A stretch of DNA of 64,000 nt, from positions 1 through 64,000 of the IMG/VR virus record IMGVR_UViG_3300030060_007423. The stretch is one strand, 5' to 3'. Source of the stretch: a virus. This document shows, in pieces, positions 10,760 through 20,676 of the stretch (within the stretch, counting starts at the first letter, position 1; each line of letters starts with the position of its first letter). The position numbers and the translations under genes are program-made. The notes below the pieces were generated by a model. The model was not told where the DNA came from and did not search any database. It saw nothing but the letters and a program-made list of their open reading frames with translations.

Positions 10760-11014
10760 ATGCCTAGATTGACAAACGAACATCTGCACACAAACATAAA
10801 GCTAGTCCAACAAGACTTAGAATATGTAAAAACAAATCAAGAAAAAATGCAATCCGATTTGTCAATGATAAAAAAGCAATTGTTGTCACCAGATGATGGT
10901 GCAATTGCAAGAGTAAATAAAAACACAGACTTTAGAAATAAAACACAAAAAGTATTATGGTCAATATGGATTGCACTTATTGGTATAATCGGTAAATTGA
11001 TATTTTGGAATTAA
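10760..11014 (+). CDS. Small coiled-coil protein with C-terminal TM helix (holin/XhlA-like)
   Basis: ATG 10760 follows GAGGAG; hydrophobic C-terminus VLWSIWIALIGIIGKLIFW. Confidence 0.6.
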   Translation: MPRLTNEHLHTNIKLVQQDLEYVKTNQEKMQSDLSMIKKQLLSPDDGAIARVNKNTDFRNKTQKVLWSIWIALIGIIGKLIFWN

Positions 11015-11018
11015 AACT

Positions 11019-12518
11019 ATGAAAAAGAAAACACTACAAAAATTAGTTAAAGAACAAGTAGCTTCATTACTAACAGAAAAATTTGCTTCTAAAAAAATTA
11101 CAGATATGTATCGTAAAATTACTGGTGGTAAATATTCAACCGATAAAAAATTCTGGGGTGCTGCATCAAAGGCGTATGGCATTGAGTGGGACAAGGTAAC
11201 AGACGACATGGTATCTGGACCAACGGGAAGAATGACAAGAAAAGGTTTTGAATTTCTTCTTGCAGCCAAAGACATGGTAGTGCGTGGTAGTGGTAGATAT
11301 GATTATGGCAGAACCATAAAAAAAGGTCAAATACTTAGTGCTACATATAATGGTAAGGCAATATATTTTGGAAGAAGTGGTGTAACAACAGGTGCTGCAT
11401 CAGCTGGAACATATCCTGAATATATAGGACTTAATGTAATGGGATTCAAAAATGCAGACCAAATTATCAAAAAACTTCCAGGCAAAGTTGAGGTATACCA
11501 AATAGATGTGGATAAAGCTCGTGGTGCAAAGGGTAAACGACAAGGTAGGTCAGACGCAAGAGCAGGTGCAACTGCACTTATGGACTTCAATGTAATTAAA
11601 AGAAAAAACCAAGCAAGATATGAAAAGGCACTAACTGATAGATTGGCTAAATCAAGTCCAGTTGACCAAGCTTGGAAAATGGTAGAGGCAACTCAAAAAA
11701 TGATAAATGATGCATTAAAGAAAGACCTTGATATGTTAAAGAAAGGAAAGGCTAAAGACAGCTGGAGAAGTTCAAGTAGCATACTACAAAATGCATACAA
11801 TAATATGACAAGGTCAATAACAAATATATTGAGTAATGAAAATGCTGCTATTAAAGGTGCAGAAAAAGATAAAGCAAATAAGTTAAAGTCCGGTGATAAA
11901 CAATCATGGAGTGAAGAGAAATATTATTTGGATAGAATTGTTGAAGAAGCCAGAAGCATTCAAAAAGAATATAAAGAAATGAAAATGGCATTATCTAAAA
12001 TCAATAAAGATAGGGAATATATTTCAGTTGTTAGAGAGCTTAAAAAAATTGGCCAAATGAATAAGAATGCACCAAAGGCTGATTATTCTGAAGATTCAAA
12101 TATGAATGAATCAGCAGAAAAAGGTCTTAAAGCAATTCCTGGAGTATTATCTTTTGATATAGAACAATTTCTGAAGAAACAAAAAGATGCTAAAAAACTA
12201 ACCAAAGGTAGTTTTACAGATTTAGTAAAGGCACTACATTCTAGAGGCTTTGGAGAAATTCCTAATGGAGCAAACCTTAGAAATTGGAAAGCAGTAGTTA
12301 AAAAGCATATCAAAGAATCTAACGTAAATGAATCAAAGAAACAACTTAAAGAAGAATACATTGAAATCATGAGAGACCTTGATAAAGGTTTGGCATTAGT
12401 AAAAGATTCATGGTTAGATTGGAAGAGAGGCCCTATGACAGAGCCAAGTGATATTAAACCAGCACAAAAAGAGTTGATTGGTTATATTGCAAAATGGATA
12501 AAGAAGAATATAAAGTAG
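11019..12518 (+). CDS. Hypothetical protein, probable internal head protein
   Basis: 499 aa, basic; leader KLVKEQVASLLTE and internal MNE/VNE/LKE sites. Confidence 0.6.
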   Translation: MKKKTLQKLVKEQVASLLTEKFASKKITDMYRKITGGKYSTDKKFWGAASKAYGIEWDKVTDDMVSGPTGRMTRKGFEFLLAAKDMVVRGSGRYDYGRTIKKGQILSATYNGKAIYFGRSGVTTGAASAGTYPEYIGLNVMGFKNADQIIKKLPGKVEVYQIDVDKARGAKGKRQGRSDARAGATALMDFNVIKRKNQARYEKALTDRLAKSSPVDQAWKMVEATQKMINDALKKDLDMLKKGKAKDSWRSSSSILQNAYNNMTRSITNILSNENAAIKGAEKDKANKLKSGDKQSWSEEKYYLDRIVEEARSIQKEYKEMKMALSKINKDREYISVVRELKKIGQMNKNAPKADYSEDSNMNESAEKGLKAIPGVLSFDIEQFLKKQKDAKKLTKGSFTDLVKALHSRGFGEIPNGANLRNWKAVVKKHIKESNVNESKKQLKEEYIEIMRDLDKGLALVKDSWLDWKRGPMTEPSDIKPAQKELIGYIAKWIKKNIK

Positions 12519-12525
12519 GGTAAAT

Positions 12526-12819
12526 ATGAAAAGGTCTGCAATATCAAAAATAGTATCTGAAGAACTCGGCAATATAAAAGAAGCTTCTATTTCTAAAAGA
12601 TTCCAAAAGGCAACTGAGGAATATCAAAAAATAGAACTCAAAATGCAGACTATTGTTAAAAAATTTATTGCTGAAAAAAATCCAAGAAAGAAAGAACAAT
12701 ATAAAAATCAATTACGAGATTTAACGGCTAAAAAGTCAGTAGCGGAAAAAGAATTCAAAGCCGCACTTCTTGGCGAACCGGTAACATTAAGTTCTTCACG
12801 ATTGGATTCATTAATATAA
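12526..12819 (+). CDS. Hypothetical protein, probable internal head protein
   Basis: Leader KIVSEELGNIKEA similar to that of the previous ORF. Confidence 0.55.
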   Translation: MKRSAISKIVSEELGNIKEASISKRFQKATEEYQKIELKMQTIVKKFIAEKNPRKKEQYKNQLRDLTAKKSVAEKEFKAALLGEPVTLSSSRLDSLI

Positions 12820-12834
12820 TTAGGAGAGTAAGTT

Positions 12835-13233
12835 ATGGGTTTAGGATTAGGTAAATTATTTACAGGTGGTGCCGGAGAACTAGTAGAATCAGTTGGTGGT
12901 GTACTTGATAATCTAACAACTTCCAAAGAAGAAAAATTAGAAGCTAAAAGAAAAATGAAAGAACTCATTGCCAACCATGAAGCGGCAATGGAAAAAAACA
13001 TTACAGATAGATGGAATGCAGATATGAATTCTGATTCTTGGTTATCAAAAAATGTAAGGCCAATGGTTCTTATATTTTTAATAGTATGTACTATGTTGTT
13101 GATATTCATCGATGCTGGAACAATAGCATTTGAAGTTGAAGAAAAATGGACAGATCTTTTACAATTAGTACTTATCACTGTAATTGGTGCATATTTTGGT
13201 GGTCGTTCATTAGAAAAGACAAAGAAAAAATAA
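12835..13233 (+). CDS. Holin-like membrane protein (3TM/GTA-holin type)
   Basis: RWNADM.SDSWLSKNVRP, hydrophobic helices, YFGGRSLEK end; AGGAG SD. Confidence 0.75.
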   Translation: MGLGLGKLFTGGAGELVESVGGVLDNLTTSKEEKLEAKRKMKELIANHEAAMEKNITDRWNADMNSDSWLSKNVRPMVLIFLIVCTMLLIFIDAGTIAFEVEEKWTDLLQLVLITVIGAYFGGRSLEKTKKK

Positions 13234-13314
13234 TACTAGTTGAAAGGGTTCAAACTAGAAAAATAATTTCATTTTTTTTAACTTATTAACCTTTTCATAT
13301 ATATTTATATATGT

Positions 13315-14889
13315 ATGAGCAATAAAAAATCAATAAAAGATATTATTCGTGAAGAGTATAAGCGGTGTTCATCTGACCCCGTACACTTCATGCGAAAGTA
13401 TTGCCAAATTCAACACCCAACACGTGGTAAAATAAACTTTAATTTATATCCATTTCAGGAAAAGACACTACAACAACTTCAAGGAAATGATTACAATATT
13501 ATATTGAAGTCTAGGCAGTTAGGTATATCTACACTATCTGCAGGATATTCATTATGGTCAATGTTATTTAATGAAGACTTTAATTGTTTAGTTATTGCAA
13601 CAAAACAAGATGTAGCAAAAAATCTTGTTACAAAAGTTAGAATTATGCATGACTTTTTACCAAGTTGGTTAAAGGGTCAATGTACAGAAGATAATAAGTT
13701 AAGTTTACGATTTAAGAATGGCTCACAAATAAAAGCAGTATCTGCTGCTGGAGATGCAGGTCGTTCTGAAGCACTATCATTGCTAGTAATGGATGAGGCA
13801 GCATTTATTGACAAGATTGATGAAATATGGGCATCTGCTCAACAAACTCTTGCAACAGGTGGTAAGGCAATTGTACTATCTACACCAAACGGTGTTGGAA
13901 ACTTTTTTCATAAAACATGGACAAAAGCTGAGGCTGGTGAAAACCTATTTAATACAATTAGACTTCATTGGTCACTACACCCAGAACGTGATAAAGATTG
14001 GCGAGAACAACAAGATGAATTACTTGGTCCAAAAATGGCAGCACAAGAATGTGATTGTGATTTTGTTAGTTCAGGTAATACTGTTGTTGATGGTAATCTT
14101 ATTGAGTGGTACAGGGAATCACATGCACAAGACCCAATAGAAACTAGAGGGTTTGATGGAAATTATTGGATTTGGGAACAACCAAACTATAGTAAATCAT
14201 ATATGGTTGTAGCCGATGTAGCTAGAGGTGATGGTACTGACTACTCTGCATTTCATGTAATAGATATTGATGACTGTTCACAAGTAGCAGAATATCGAGG
14301 ACAATTAACACCAAAGGAATTTGGAAATATGTTAGTTGCTGTTGCAACAGAATATAATGATGCATTACTTGTAATTGAAAATGCCAATGTTGGTTGGGGC
14401 TCAATACAAAGTGCAATTGATAGGGATTATAAGAATCTTTATTATACATATAAACAAGATGGTGTAGTAGATGCAACTACCCAACTTACAAAGGGCTATG
14501 ACTTAAAAGACAAAAGTCAAATGACCCCAGGTTTTACAACATCTGCAAAAACAAGACCACTTTTAATATCGAAGATTGATATTTATTTTAGAGAAAAGTC
14601 ATTCATTGTTAGGTCAAAAAGACTATTAGACGAACTATTAGTTTTTATATGGAATGGTCACAAGGCTGAGGCACAAAGTGGCTATAATGATGATTTGGTA
14701 ATATCTTTAGGAATAGGCTTATGGGTAAGAGATACTGCACTTAAGCTTAGGAATGAAGGTATATCTCTAAATAGGCGGGCATTAAATTCAATATCCAAAA
14801 CTGGAGTTTACTCATCTGTTAACCCAAACACAGATTGGTCAATGAAGATTAAGGGTAATGATGAAGATATTAGTTGGTTAATAAAATAG
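13315..14889 (+). CDS. gp17: Terminase large subunit
   Basis: LYPFQ, KSRQLGIST (Walker A), LLVMDEAAF (Walker B), STPNG, nuclease ADVARG and NDDLV. Confidence 0.97.
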   Translation: MSNKKSIKDIIREEYKRCSSDPVHFMRKYCQIQHPTRGKINFNLYPFQEKTLQQLQGNDYNIILKSRQLGISTLSAGYSLWSMLFNEDFNCLVIATKQDVAKNLVTKVRIMHDFLPSWLKGQCTEDNKLSLRFKNGSQIKAVSAAGDAGRSEALSLLVMDEAAFIDKIDEIWASAQQTLATGGKAIVLSTPNGVGNFFHKTWTKAEAGENLFNTIRLHWSLHPERDKDWREQQDELLGPKMAAQECDCDFVSSGNTVVDGNLIEWYRESHAQDPIETRGFDGNYWIWEQPNYSKSYMVVADVARGDGTDYSAFHVIDIDDCSQVAEYRGQLTPKEFGNMLVAVATEYNDALLVIENANVGWGSIQSAIDRDYKNLYYTYKQDGVVDATTQLTKGYDLKDKSQMTPGFTTSAKTRPLLISKIDIYFREKSFIVRSKRLLDELLVFIWNGHKAEAQSGYNDDLVISLGIGLWVRDTALKLRNEGISLNRRALNSISKTGVYSSVNPNTDWSMKIKGNDEDISWLIK

Positions 14890-14908
14890 GTTATATAGGA
14901 GAAAATAC

Positions 14909-16750
14909 ATGGCAGACAAAACTCTTTTTGGACGATTAAGAAAACTGTTTTCAACAGGCGTAATTATGCGTAGGGTTGGAACTGGTCTAAAAGTCGTTGA
15001 CACACAGAGAATACAGTCATCAGGAAATCTTGAAAGTAATAGATTAGTTGATAGATACAATAGATTACACTCACCATCAGCAGCATATTCGGTTTACCAA
15101 CCAGGACAAGGACATGTTGCATTAAGAATAGAATTATTTAATGATTATGAAGCTATGGATATGGATCCAATTATAGCATCTGCTTTAGATATTTATGCTG
15201 ATGAATGTTGTGTAAAAAATGAATTTGGTGATATACTAACAATTAATACAACAAATGATGCAATAAAGAAAACACTTCATAATTTGTTTTATGACGTAAT
15301 GAATATAGAATTTAATCTACATCCGTGGATTAGAAACCTTGTAAAGTATGGTGACTTTTATTTACAATTAGATATAACAGAAAAGTATGGTGTTACAGGC
15401 GTACACCCAATGTCTTCTTATTATGTAATACGTGAAGAAGGTGTAGACCCAAATCAACCAGAATATGTTAGGTTTGTTGTTGACGAATCTCAAGGTGGTC
15501 AAATTTATGGTTCAAATATGTCTCATAAAGAATATTTAGAAAACTATGAAGTTGCACACTTTAGGTTACTCGGCGATACAAACTTTTTACCTTATGGAAG
15601 GTCAATGGTAGAACCTGCAAGAAAGGGATGGAAACAATTAACACTTATGGAAGATGCAATGTTAATTCATAGAATTATGCGTGCACCAGAAAGAAGAGTG
15701 TTTAAGATTGATATAGGAAATATACCACCAGCTGAAGTTGATAACTATATGCAACAAACAATTAACAAAATGAAAAAAGCTCCTTTTGTTGATGAAAAGA
15801 CTGGCGATTATAACTTAAAGTTTAATATACAAAATATGCTTGAGGACTATTATCTTCCAGTTAGAGGTGGACAGAGTGGAACTGAAATAGAATCATTAAG
15901 TGGAATGGAATTTAATGGTACAGAAGATGTTGAATATTTAAGAAACAAAATGATGGCTGGTCTAAAAATACCAAAAGCATTTTTAGGCTATGATGAAAAC
16001 GTTGAAGGTAAGGCTACTTTAGCCGCTGAGGATGTTAGGTTTGCAAGAACAATTGAAAGAATACAAAAAATTGTAGTAAGTGAACTAACAAAAATTGCAA
16101 TTGTGCATTTATATACACAAGGGTATCATGAATCTGATTTAGTTAACTTTGACTTGTCATTAACAAATACATCAACGATTGCTGAAAATGAAAAGATTGA
16201 ACTTTGGAATAGTAAAGTAAATTTAGCATCATCTATGAAAGACATTAATATGATGTCAGAAGATTGGATATATAAAAATATTTTTAATCTATCAAGTAAT
16301 GAATCAGGTACTGAAAAGAATCGGGTAATAAACGACTTAAAACAACAATTTAGGCGTGAGCAAATAAAGATGGAAGGTAATGACCCAGCACAGTCTGGTG
16401 AAGCACTAGGTACTCCACATACACTTGCAACTCTAGACCCTGAAAAGAATTTAGAGCCACGTGATACTGCAATATTTGGCGGAGAAGAAGAAACTAGGGG
16501 AAGACCTGAAGAAGGTCCAAAGCCAGGAACTGATTCTTCAGCAAGAGGTAGAGACCCATTAGGAAATAAAACTTTAACTCAAGATTATAATAATCGTGAT
16601 AGGCGAACAGTGTCAACAGAGATAAAAAAGTCATTGGACGCAAAGTTTAGTAAGAAAAAAGTTATTAGTGAATTGTATAATGAAAATAATGTTAGTGAAC
16701 CAAGCTTATTGGATGAAAAAAACATCATTGATGATGAAAAACTACAATAG
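14909..16750 (+). CDS. gp20: Portal protein, T4 gp20-like
   Basis: MEDAMLIHRIMRAPERRVFKIDIGN, EDYYLPVRGG, GTEIESL. Confidence 0.97.
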   Translation: MADKTLFGRLRKLFSTGVIMRRVGTGLKVVDTQRIQSSGNLESNRLVDRYNRLHSPSAAYSVYQPGQGHVALRIELFNDYEAMDMDPIIASALDIYADECCVKNEFGDILTINTTNDAIKKTLHNLFYDVMNIEFNLHPWIRNLVKYGDFYLQLDITEKYGVTGVHPMSSYYVIREEGVDPNQPEYVRFVVDESQGGQIYGSNMSHKEYLENYEVAHFRLLGDTNFLPYGRSMVEPARKGWKQLTLMEDAMLIHRIMRAPERRVFKIDIGNIPPAEVDNYMQQTINKMKKAPFVDEKTGDYNLKFNIQNMLEDYYLPVRGGQSGTEIESLSGMEFNGTEDVEYLRNKMMAGLKIPKAFLGYDENVEGKATLAAEDVRFARTIERIQKIVVSELTKIAIVHLYTQGYHESDLVNFDLSLTNTSTIAENEKIELWNSKVNLASSMKDINMMSEDWIYKNIFNLSSNESGTEKNRVINDLKQQFRREQIKMEGNDPAQSGEALGTPHTLATLDPEKNLEPRDTAIFGGEEETRGRPEEGPKPGTDSSARGRDPLGNKTLTQDYNNRDRRTVSTEIKKSLDAKFSKKKVISELYNENNVSEPSLLDEKNIIDDEKLQ

Positions 16751-16803
16751 TTTGAATGTAACATTATATTTATATATGAGTATAAATTTATAAGTGGAAA
16801 AAA

Positions 16804-17679
16804 ATGATAAAGCACAGTAAATATAAAAATACTGGAATTTTATTTGAGCTTTTAGTAAGACAAACTGCAAGTGATACTCTTAAGGGTGTAAAGAAATCAA
16901 AATCATTGAATATGATAAATAAATTCTTCAATGGTTCTACATCTTTAGGAAAGGAACTGGTATTGTATCAAGGTTTGGTTAAAGAAACTTTTGATAAAGA
17001 TACAAAGGCCGAAAGGTTTATTAGTGCAGTACTTACTGAAAGAAGTAAATTAAGTAACAGAAACATAAAGGGTGAAAAGTATAATTTGATTAGAGAAATA
17101 AAAAACAATTATGACTTAAAGTCATTCTTTAATCAAAGAATACCAGATTATAAAGTACAAGCAACAATTTATAAAATGTTTGAACAAGAAACTGGTCGTA
17201 AAAAAATAAACCCGGTTAATTCTGTAAATAACCATTTCACAATTCTTGAACATATAACAAGAGGAAAGGTTAAACATACACCAGTTCAACCAACAGAATT
17301 AATAAATGAGTACTCAAAACAAAATGAAGAGTTAAGACTTTTATCATATAAAATATTAGTTGATAAATTTAATGAAAAATACGGAAAGTCATTAAATGAA
17401 TCTCAAAAAATGATATTAAAGAAATATATTAATAATATTTCAAATACAAAAGTATTAGCTGAATTTGTAAAATCTAAATTACCTATTATTGAAAATGATT
17501 TAACAAGAATTGGAAATAAGATTGGTGATAAAGTAGTTAAGATAAAATTAAATGAAGTGGTTAATCAATTAAAATCATTTTCAACATTAAAAGTAATTAA
17601 GGAAAATCACTTAGTTACTTTGTTAAGATATTATGAACTTATCCAGGAGTGTAAACATGTCATTGATAAAAAAGTTTGA
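16804..17679 (+). CDS. Hypothetical head-module protein
   Basis: 291-aa ORF between portal and protease, behind ATATTTAT. Confidence 0.75.
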   Translation: MIKHSKYKNTGILFELLVRQTASDTLKGVKKSKSLNMINKFFNGSTSLGKELVLYQGLVKETFDKDTKAERFISAVLTERSKLSNRNIKGEKYNLIREIKNNYDLKSFFNQRIPDYKVQATIYKMFEQETGRKKINPVNSVNNHFTILEHITRGKVKHTPVQPTELINEYSKQNEELRLLSYKILVDKFNEKYGKSLNESQKMILKKYINNISNTKVLAEFVKSKLPIIENDLTRIGNKIGDKVVKIKLNEVVNQLKSFSTLKVIKENHLVTLLRYYELIQECKHVIDKKV

Positions 17680-18163
17680 TACCCTAGTTGAAAAAATACT
17701 TGAAGGGGAATACGACATTCAAGAAACGGAAAAGGATGAAGACCTTGACGAGATGAGTGTAACTGGTGGTGTAGCTGGTTATCAAACTCCGTATGCATTT
17801 AGTGGTAAAACACCAAAGGATAAGAAGAAAAGAAAAAAAACAGCAACTGCAAGTACTGGGTATGAAGTTGTTGATGAAAAGAAAATTTCTCATGGGGATG
17901 TTCTTAGGGAAATTTATGGTCTTAACTATAACAAGTATAAAAAAGATGAATCTCTTAATGCAAAGCAAAAAGTTAATGGTGCTATAAGAGAAGTATCAAA
18001 AAGATTACTTCAAATAGAAAGAATAGTAAATAGAAATATAAAATTAAAAACAGAAGCAGGCGTGGATGGAAATCAGTATTGGAAATCTACAAGAAAAAAT
18101 TTAGGAAAGATATCAGAAAGAATGAATAGGATTTCTGCAAGATTAAGGAATTTATCATCATGA
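17657..18163 (+). CDS. Hypothetical head-module protein
   Basis: ATG 17657 follows CAGGAG; LDEMSVTGGVAGYQTPYAF. Confidence 0.7.
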   Translation: MSLIKKFDTLVEKILEGEYDIQETEKDEDLDEMSVTGGVAGYQTPYAFSGKTPKDKKKRKKTATASTGYEVVDEKKISHGDVLREIYGLNYNKYKKDESLNAKQKVNGAIREVSKRLLQIERIVNRNIKLKTEAGVDGNQYWKSTRKNLGKISERMNRISARLRNLSS

Positions 18164-18279
18164 AAATATCAGAAGAAATTTCACCTGCCGATATGAAAAA
18201 AATCAGAGAGCTTATTCGAAAAGAAATAGCTGAAGTGTATTTTTCTTTATATCGTAAAAGAGCAGTATGGGGAGCATAA
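18160..18279 (+). CDS. 39-aa small protein absent from the ORF track
   Basis: MKISEEISPADMKKIRELIRKEIAEVYFSLYRKRAVWGA; ATGA overlap with the upstream stop; fills the gap to 18281. Confidence 0.7.
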   Translation: MKISEEISPADMKKIRELIRKEIAEVYFSLYRKRAVWGA

Positions 18280-18280
18280 C

Positions 18281-18559
18281 ATGCCAGGACTAGCAGATAT
18301 GGCAATACCGGCCAACGGGGAGACAGTTAATAATCAAACAATTAGTGGAAGATTAGAAACTATGACTATTGCACCTACAATGGGTGACCCGGCAACGGAA
18401 ACAGTAACAGCGAATCCTCCATTGGAGAACGCAACAATTAATCCTTTAATGGGTGATCCTGCAACAGAAACAGTTGAAGCAAATCCCCCATTAGAGCAAA
18501 CAACTATTAACACAGTTTTAGGTGAACCGGATACTACGCCGTATCCGACAACATTGTAA
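18281..18559 (+). CDS. Small Pro/Thr-rich repeat protein
   Basis: MGDPATETVxANPPLE twice plus degenerate copies; GGGGAG upstream. Confidence 0.65.
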   Translation: MPGLADMAIPANGETVNNQTISGRLETMTIAPTMGDPATETVTANPPLENATINPLMGDPATETVEANPPLEQTTINTVLGEPDTTPYPTTL

Positions 18560-18574
18560 TATAAATTTTAGGAG

Positions 18575-19351
18575 ATGATGAAAATGGCTTTACAAATTTT
18601 AACATGGAATCAATGGCTAAGATTCCCAAACAACGCAAAACTTGCTGAAGATAATATTCACAAAGCAAAAGCTGAATATCTTCGTGAGCAGTATATGGCT
18701 GAACAATATTTCAATTATGTAAATATTGCACAACCAACTGGAAACAAGAAAAAAATAACTGGACTAACTAATCAAGTAACAACCCTTACATGGGAAGGTG
18801 TAGGTGCTGACCCTGTTTATGCAAATGGTGTTGCAGGTGGCGGATTACACAATTACTATTTTGAATTAGAATCTGTTACTGATGGTGAACCATTTTTACA
18901 CAATAGACAAAGATACGCATATGTATTCGTTTCTTCGTCAGTATCTGGAAATTCTTCAGTATATGCAGATTTATTACAAAGAAAGGATGGCTCAGGTGCA
19001 GATTACTTTGACGCTGTACATACTTCTTCATATACAACTGCTGACAATCCAAGTGTAACTGCATCAGCTGCAACGGCAATGATTGACACTATTAATGCAA
19101 CAGCTGCTACATACTTTACTGCAACGACTAGTTCACGTGGTGAAACTCTTGTAGTTACAAATGTATATAAAGGATTAGTTTCTTCATCAGCAGAATCATC
19201 AAGATTAGCAAGTACGGCATCTATTGCAGTAACTACTATTGGATATGATACATTTACAGATAGTACTGGTAATACTGGTGTTAATGACCCAGCACAAACA
19301 ATTGATGATAGAGGAATATCTGATAAATATAAACGATTTAGTAACCAATAA
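18575..19351 (+). CDS. Hypothetical Ser/Thr-rich virion protein
   Basis: 258 aa; AGGAG upstream (start may be 18578 or 18584). Confidence 0.65.
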   Translation: MMKMALQILTWNQWLRFPNNAKLAEDNIHKAKAEYLREQYMAEQYFNYVNIAQPTGNKKKITGLTNQVTTLTWEGVGADPVYANGVAGGGLHNYYFELESVTDGEPFLHNRQRYAYVFVSSSVSGNSSVYADLLQRKDGSGADYFDAVHTSSYTTADNPSVTASAATAMIDTINATAATYFTATTSSRGETLVVTNVYKGLVSSSAESSRLASTASIAVTTIGYDTFTDSTGNTGVNDPAQTIDDRGISDKYKRFSNQ

Positions 19352-19363
19352 GAAGGACGCTTT

Positions 19364-20026
19364 ATGAAAAGTTTACTAGTTGATTATACTAACTTTGATA
19401 TAACACCACAAATGATTACCGAGTCTGAACAACAGAATGGCGGAAAGGTAATATTGACAGGTGTTTTACAAAGAGCAGGCGCCAAAAACCAAAATGGTAG
19501 GGTATATCCTAAAGATATTTTGGCTAGGGAAGTTGCTGAGTATAAAAAAGGCCCAGTTGCCGAAAGGCGTGCACTCGGAGAATTGGACCACCCAGAATCA
19601 TCTGTAGTAAACTTATCAAATGCAAGCCACAATGTTTTAGATTGTTGGTTTCAAAACGATGACGTTATTGGTAAAGTTGAAATATTAGATACACCAAGTG
19701 GAAAAATACTTAAAGAACTATTAAAGGCAGGAATTAAGTTAGGAATAAGTAGTAGAGGCTTAGGTTCTGTTAGGGAACTTGGTGAAGGCACTGTTGAAGT
19801 ACAAGACGATTTTGAATTAATATGTTGGGACTTTGTATCAAATCCATCAACCCACGGAGCATTTATGAAACCCATGAATGAATCCGTAAATCTATCATCT
19901 CCTGTTGATAGATTTGATTCAATAAACAATATAATTAGAGAAATCATTTGTGAAACAACTGGAAAGTGTTCTATAAAACATGCAAAACACTCGTGTAAAT
20001 GTGGCGGAACATGTGGCCACTGTTAA
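19364..20026 (+). CDS. gp21: Prohead core protease, T4 gp21-like
   Basis: KNQNGRVYP, ALGELDHP, GISSRGLGS, DFVSNPS. Confidence 0.96.
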   Translation: MKSLLVDYTNFDITPQMITESEQQNGGKVILTGVLQRAGAKNQNGRVYPKDILAREVAEYKKGPVAERRALGELDHPESSVVNLSNASHNVLDCWFQNDDVIGKVEILDTPSGKILKELLKAGIKLGISSRGLGSVRELGEGTVEVQDDFELICWDFVSNPSTHGAFMKPMNESVNLSSPVDRFDSINNIIREIICETTGKCSIKHAKHSCKCGGTCGHC

Positions 20027-20038
20027 TTGGAGAATGTA

Positions 20039-20578
20039 ATGAAACTTAAAAAACTATATGAAAATATAAAAGATGAATCTTTCACAGTAAAAGAAAAGAA
20101 AGAATTCATGCAGGCAATTTCAGAATTTAATAATTTTGGAAAACAAATATATAGAACTTCTGAAGTTAATGAAGCTATAACAACTATTACTGAACTTGTT
20201 GAAAAAGCACAAAAAATTACAATTGGTGAAACGGCCGATTGGTTTGATGGTGTTTCAGTAAAACGTGATATGAAAAGCTTAGGTGAATCATTATCGTTAT
20301 TTAACAAAACTGCAAAAGAAATGAGTGGTATGCAACAAAGAATGGAATCACTATATGAAGATATGGGATACAAACTTGGCAAATACTTTAACATTGCAGA
20401 AAAGCTTGACAATATTGATGATAAGGAAGCTGCAATGGATTTTGATGATTTACCTGACAAAGACATTGATAATGATGGTGATACTGATAAGTCAGATAAA
20501 TACCTACATCACAAATTAGGAAACGTTGCTAAGAGAACAGAAAATAGATTAAAGAAATTAGCCGCTATAAAAAAATAA
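20039..20578 (+). CDS. Hypothetical head protein with EF-hand-like DxDxDG motif
   Basis: ATG 20039 after GGAG; DKDIDNDGDTDKSDKYL. Confidence 0.65.
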   Translation: MKLKKLYENIKDESFTVKEKKEFMQAISEFNNFGKQIYRTSEVNEAITTITELVEKAQKITIGETADWFDGVSVKRDMKSLGESLSLFNKTAKEMSGMQQRMESLYEDMGYKLGKYFNIAEKLDNIDDKEAAMDFDDLPDKDIDNDGDTDKSDKYLHHKLGNVAKRTENRLKKLAAIKK

Positions 20579-20591
20579 ATCATCGCTACTT

Positions 20592-20631
20592 AAAAAAGTC
20601 CTATAATAATTTTTTATTGTAGGATTTTTTT
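20592..20631 (+). terminator. Intrinsic terminator hairpin upstream of bS21
   Basis: AAAAAAGTCCTATAATAA / TTATTGTAGGATTTTTTT inverted repeat after stop 20578. Confidence 0.7.
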
Positions 20632-20640
20632 GTTATATTA
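20608..20640 (+). promoter_or_regulatory. Early-type promoter motif, copy 1 (before bS21)
   Basis: AATTTTTTATTGT-N11-GTTATATTA, seen at 6 sites just upstream of gene starts. Confidence 0.65.
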
Positions 20641-20676
20641 CTACTAATAAAATTTTAACAATAAAAATAGACGTGT

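Noticed and set aside
14579-14586. ATATTTAT copies inside coding regions (this one in terminase)
   Set aside because: Expected by chance in AT-rich DNA; not counted as promoters without transcript data
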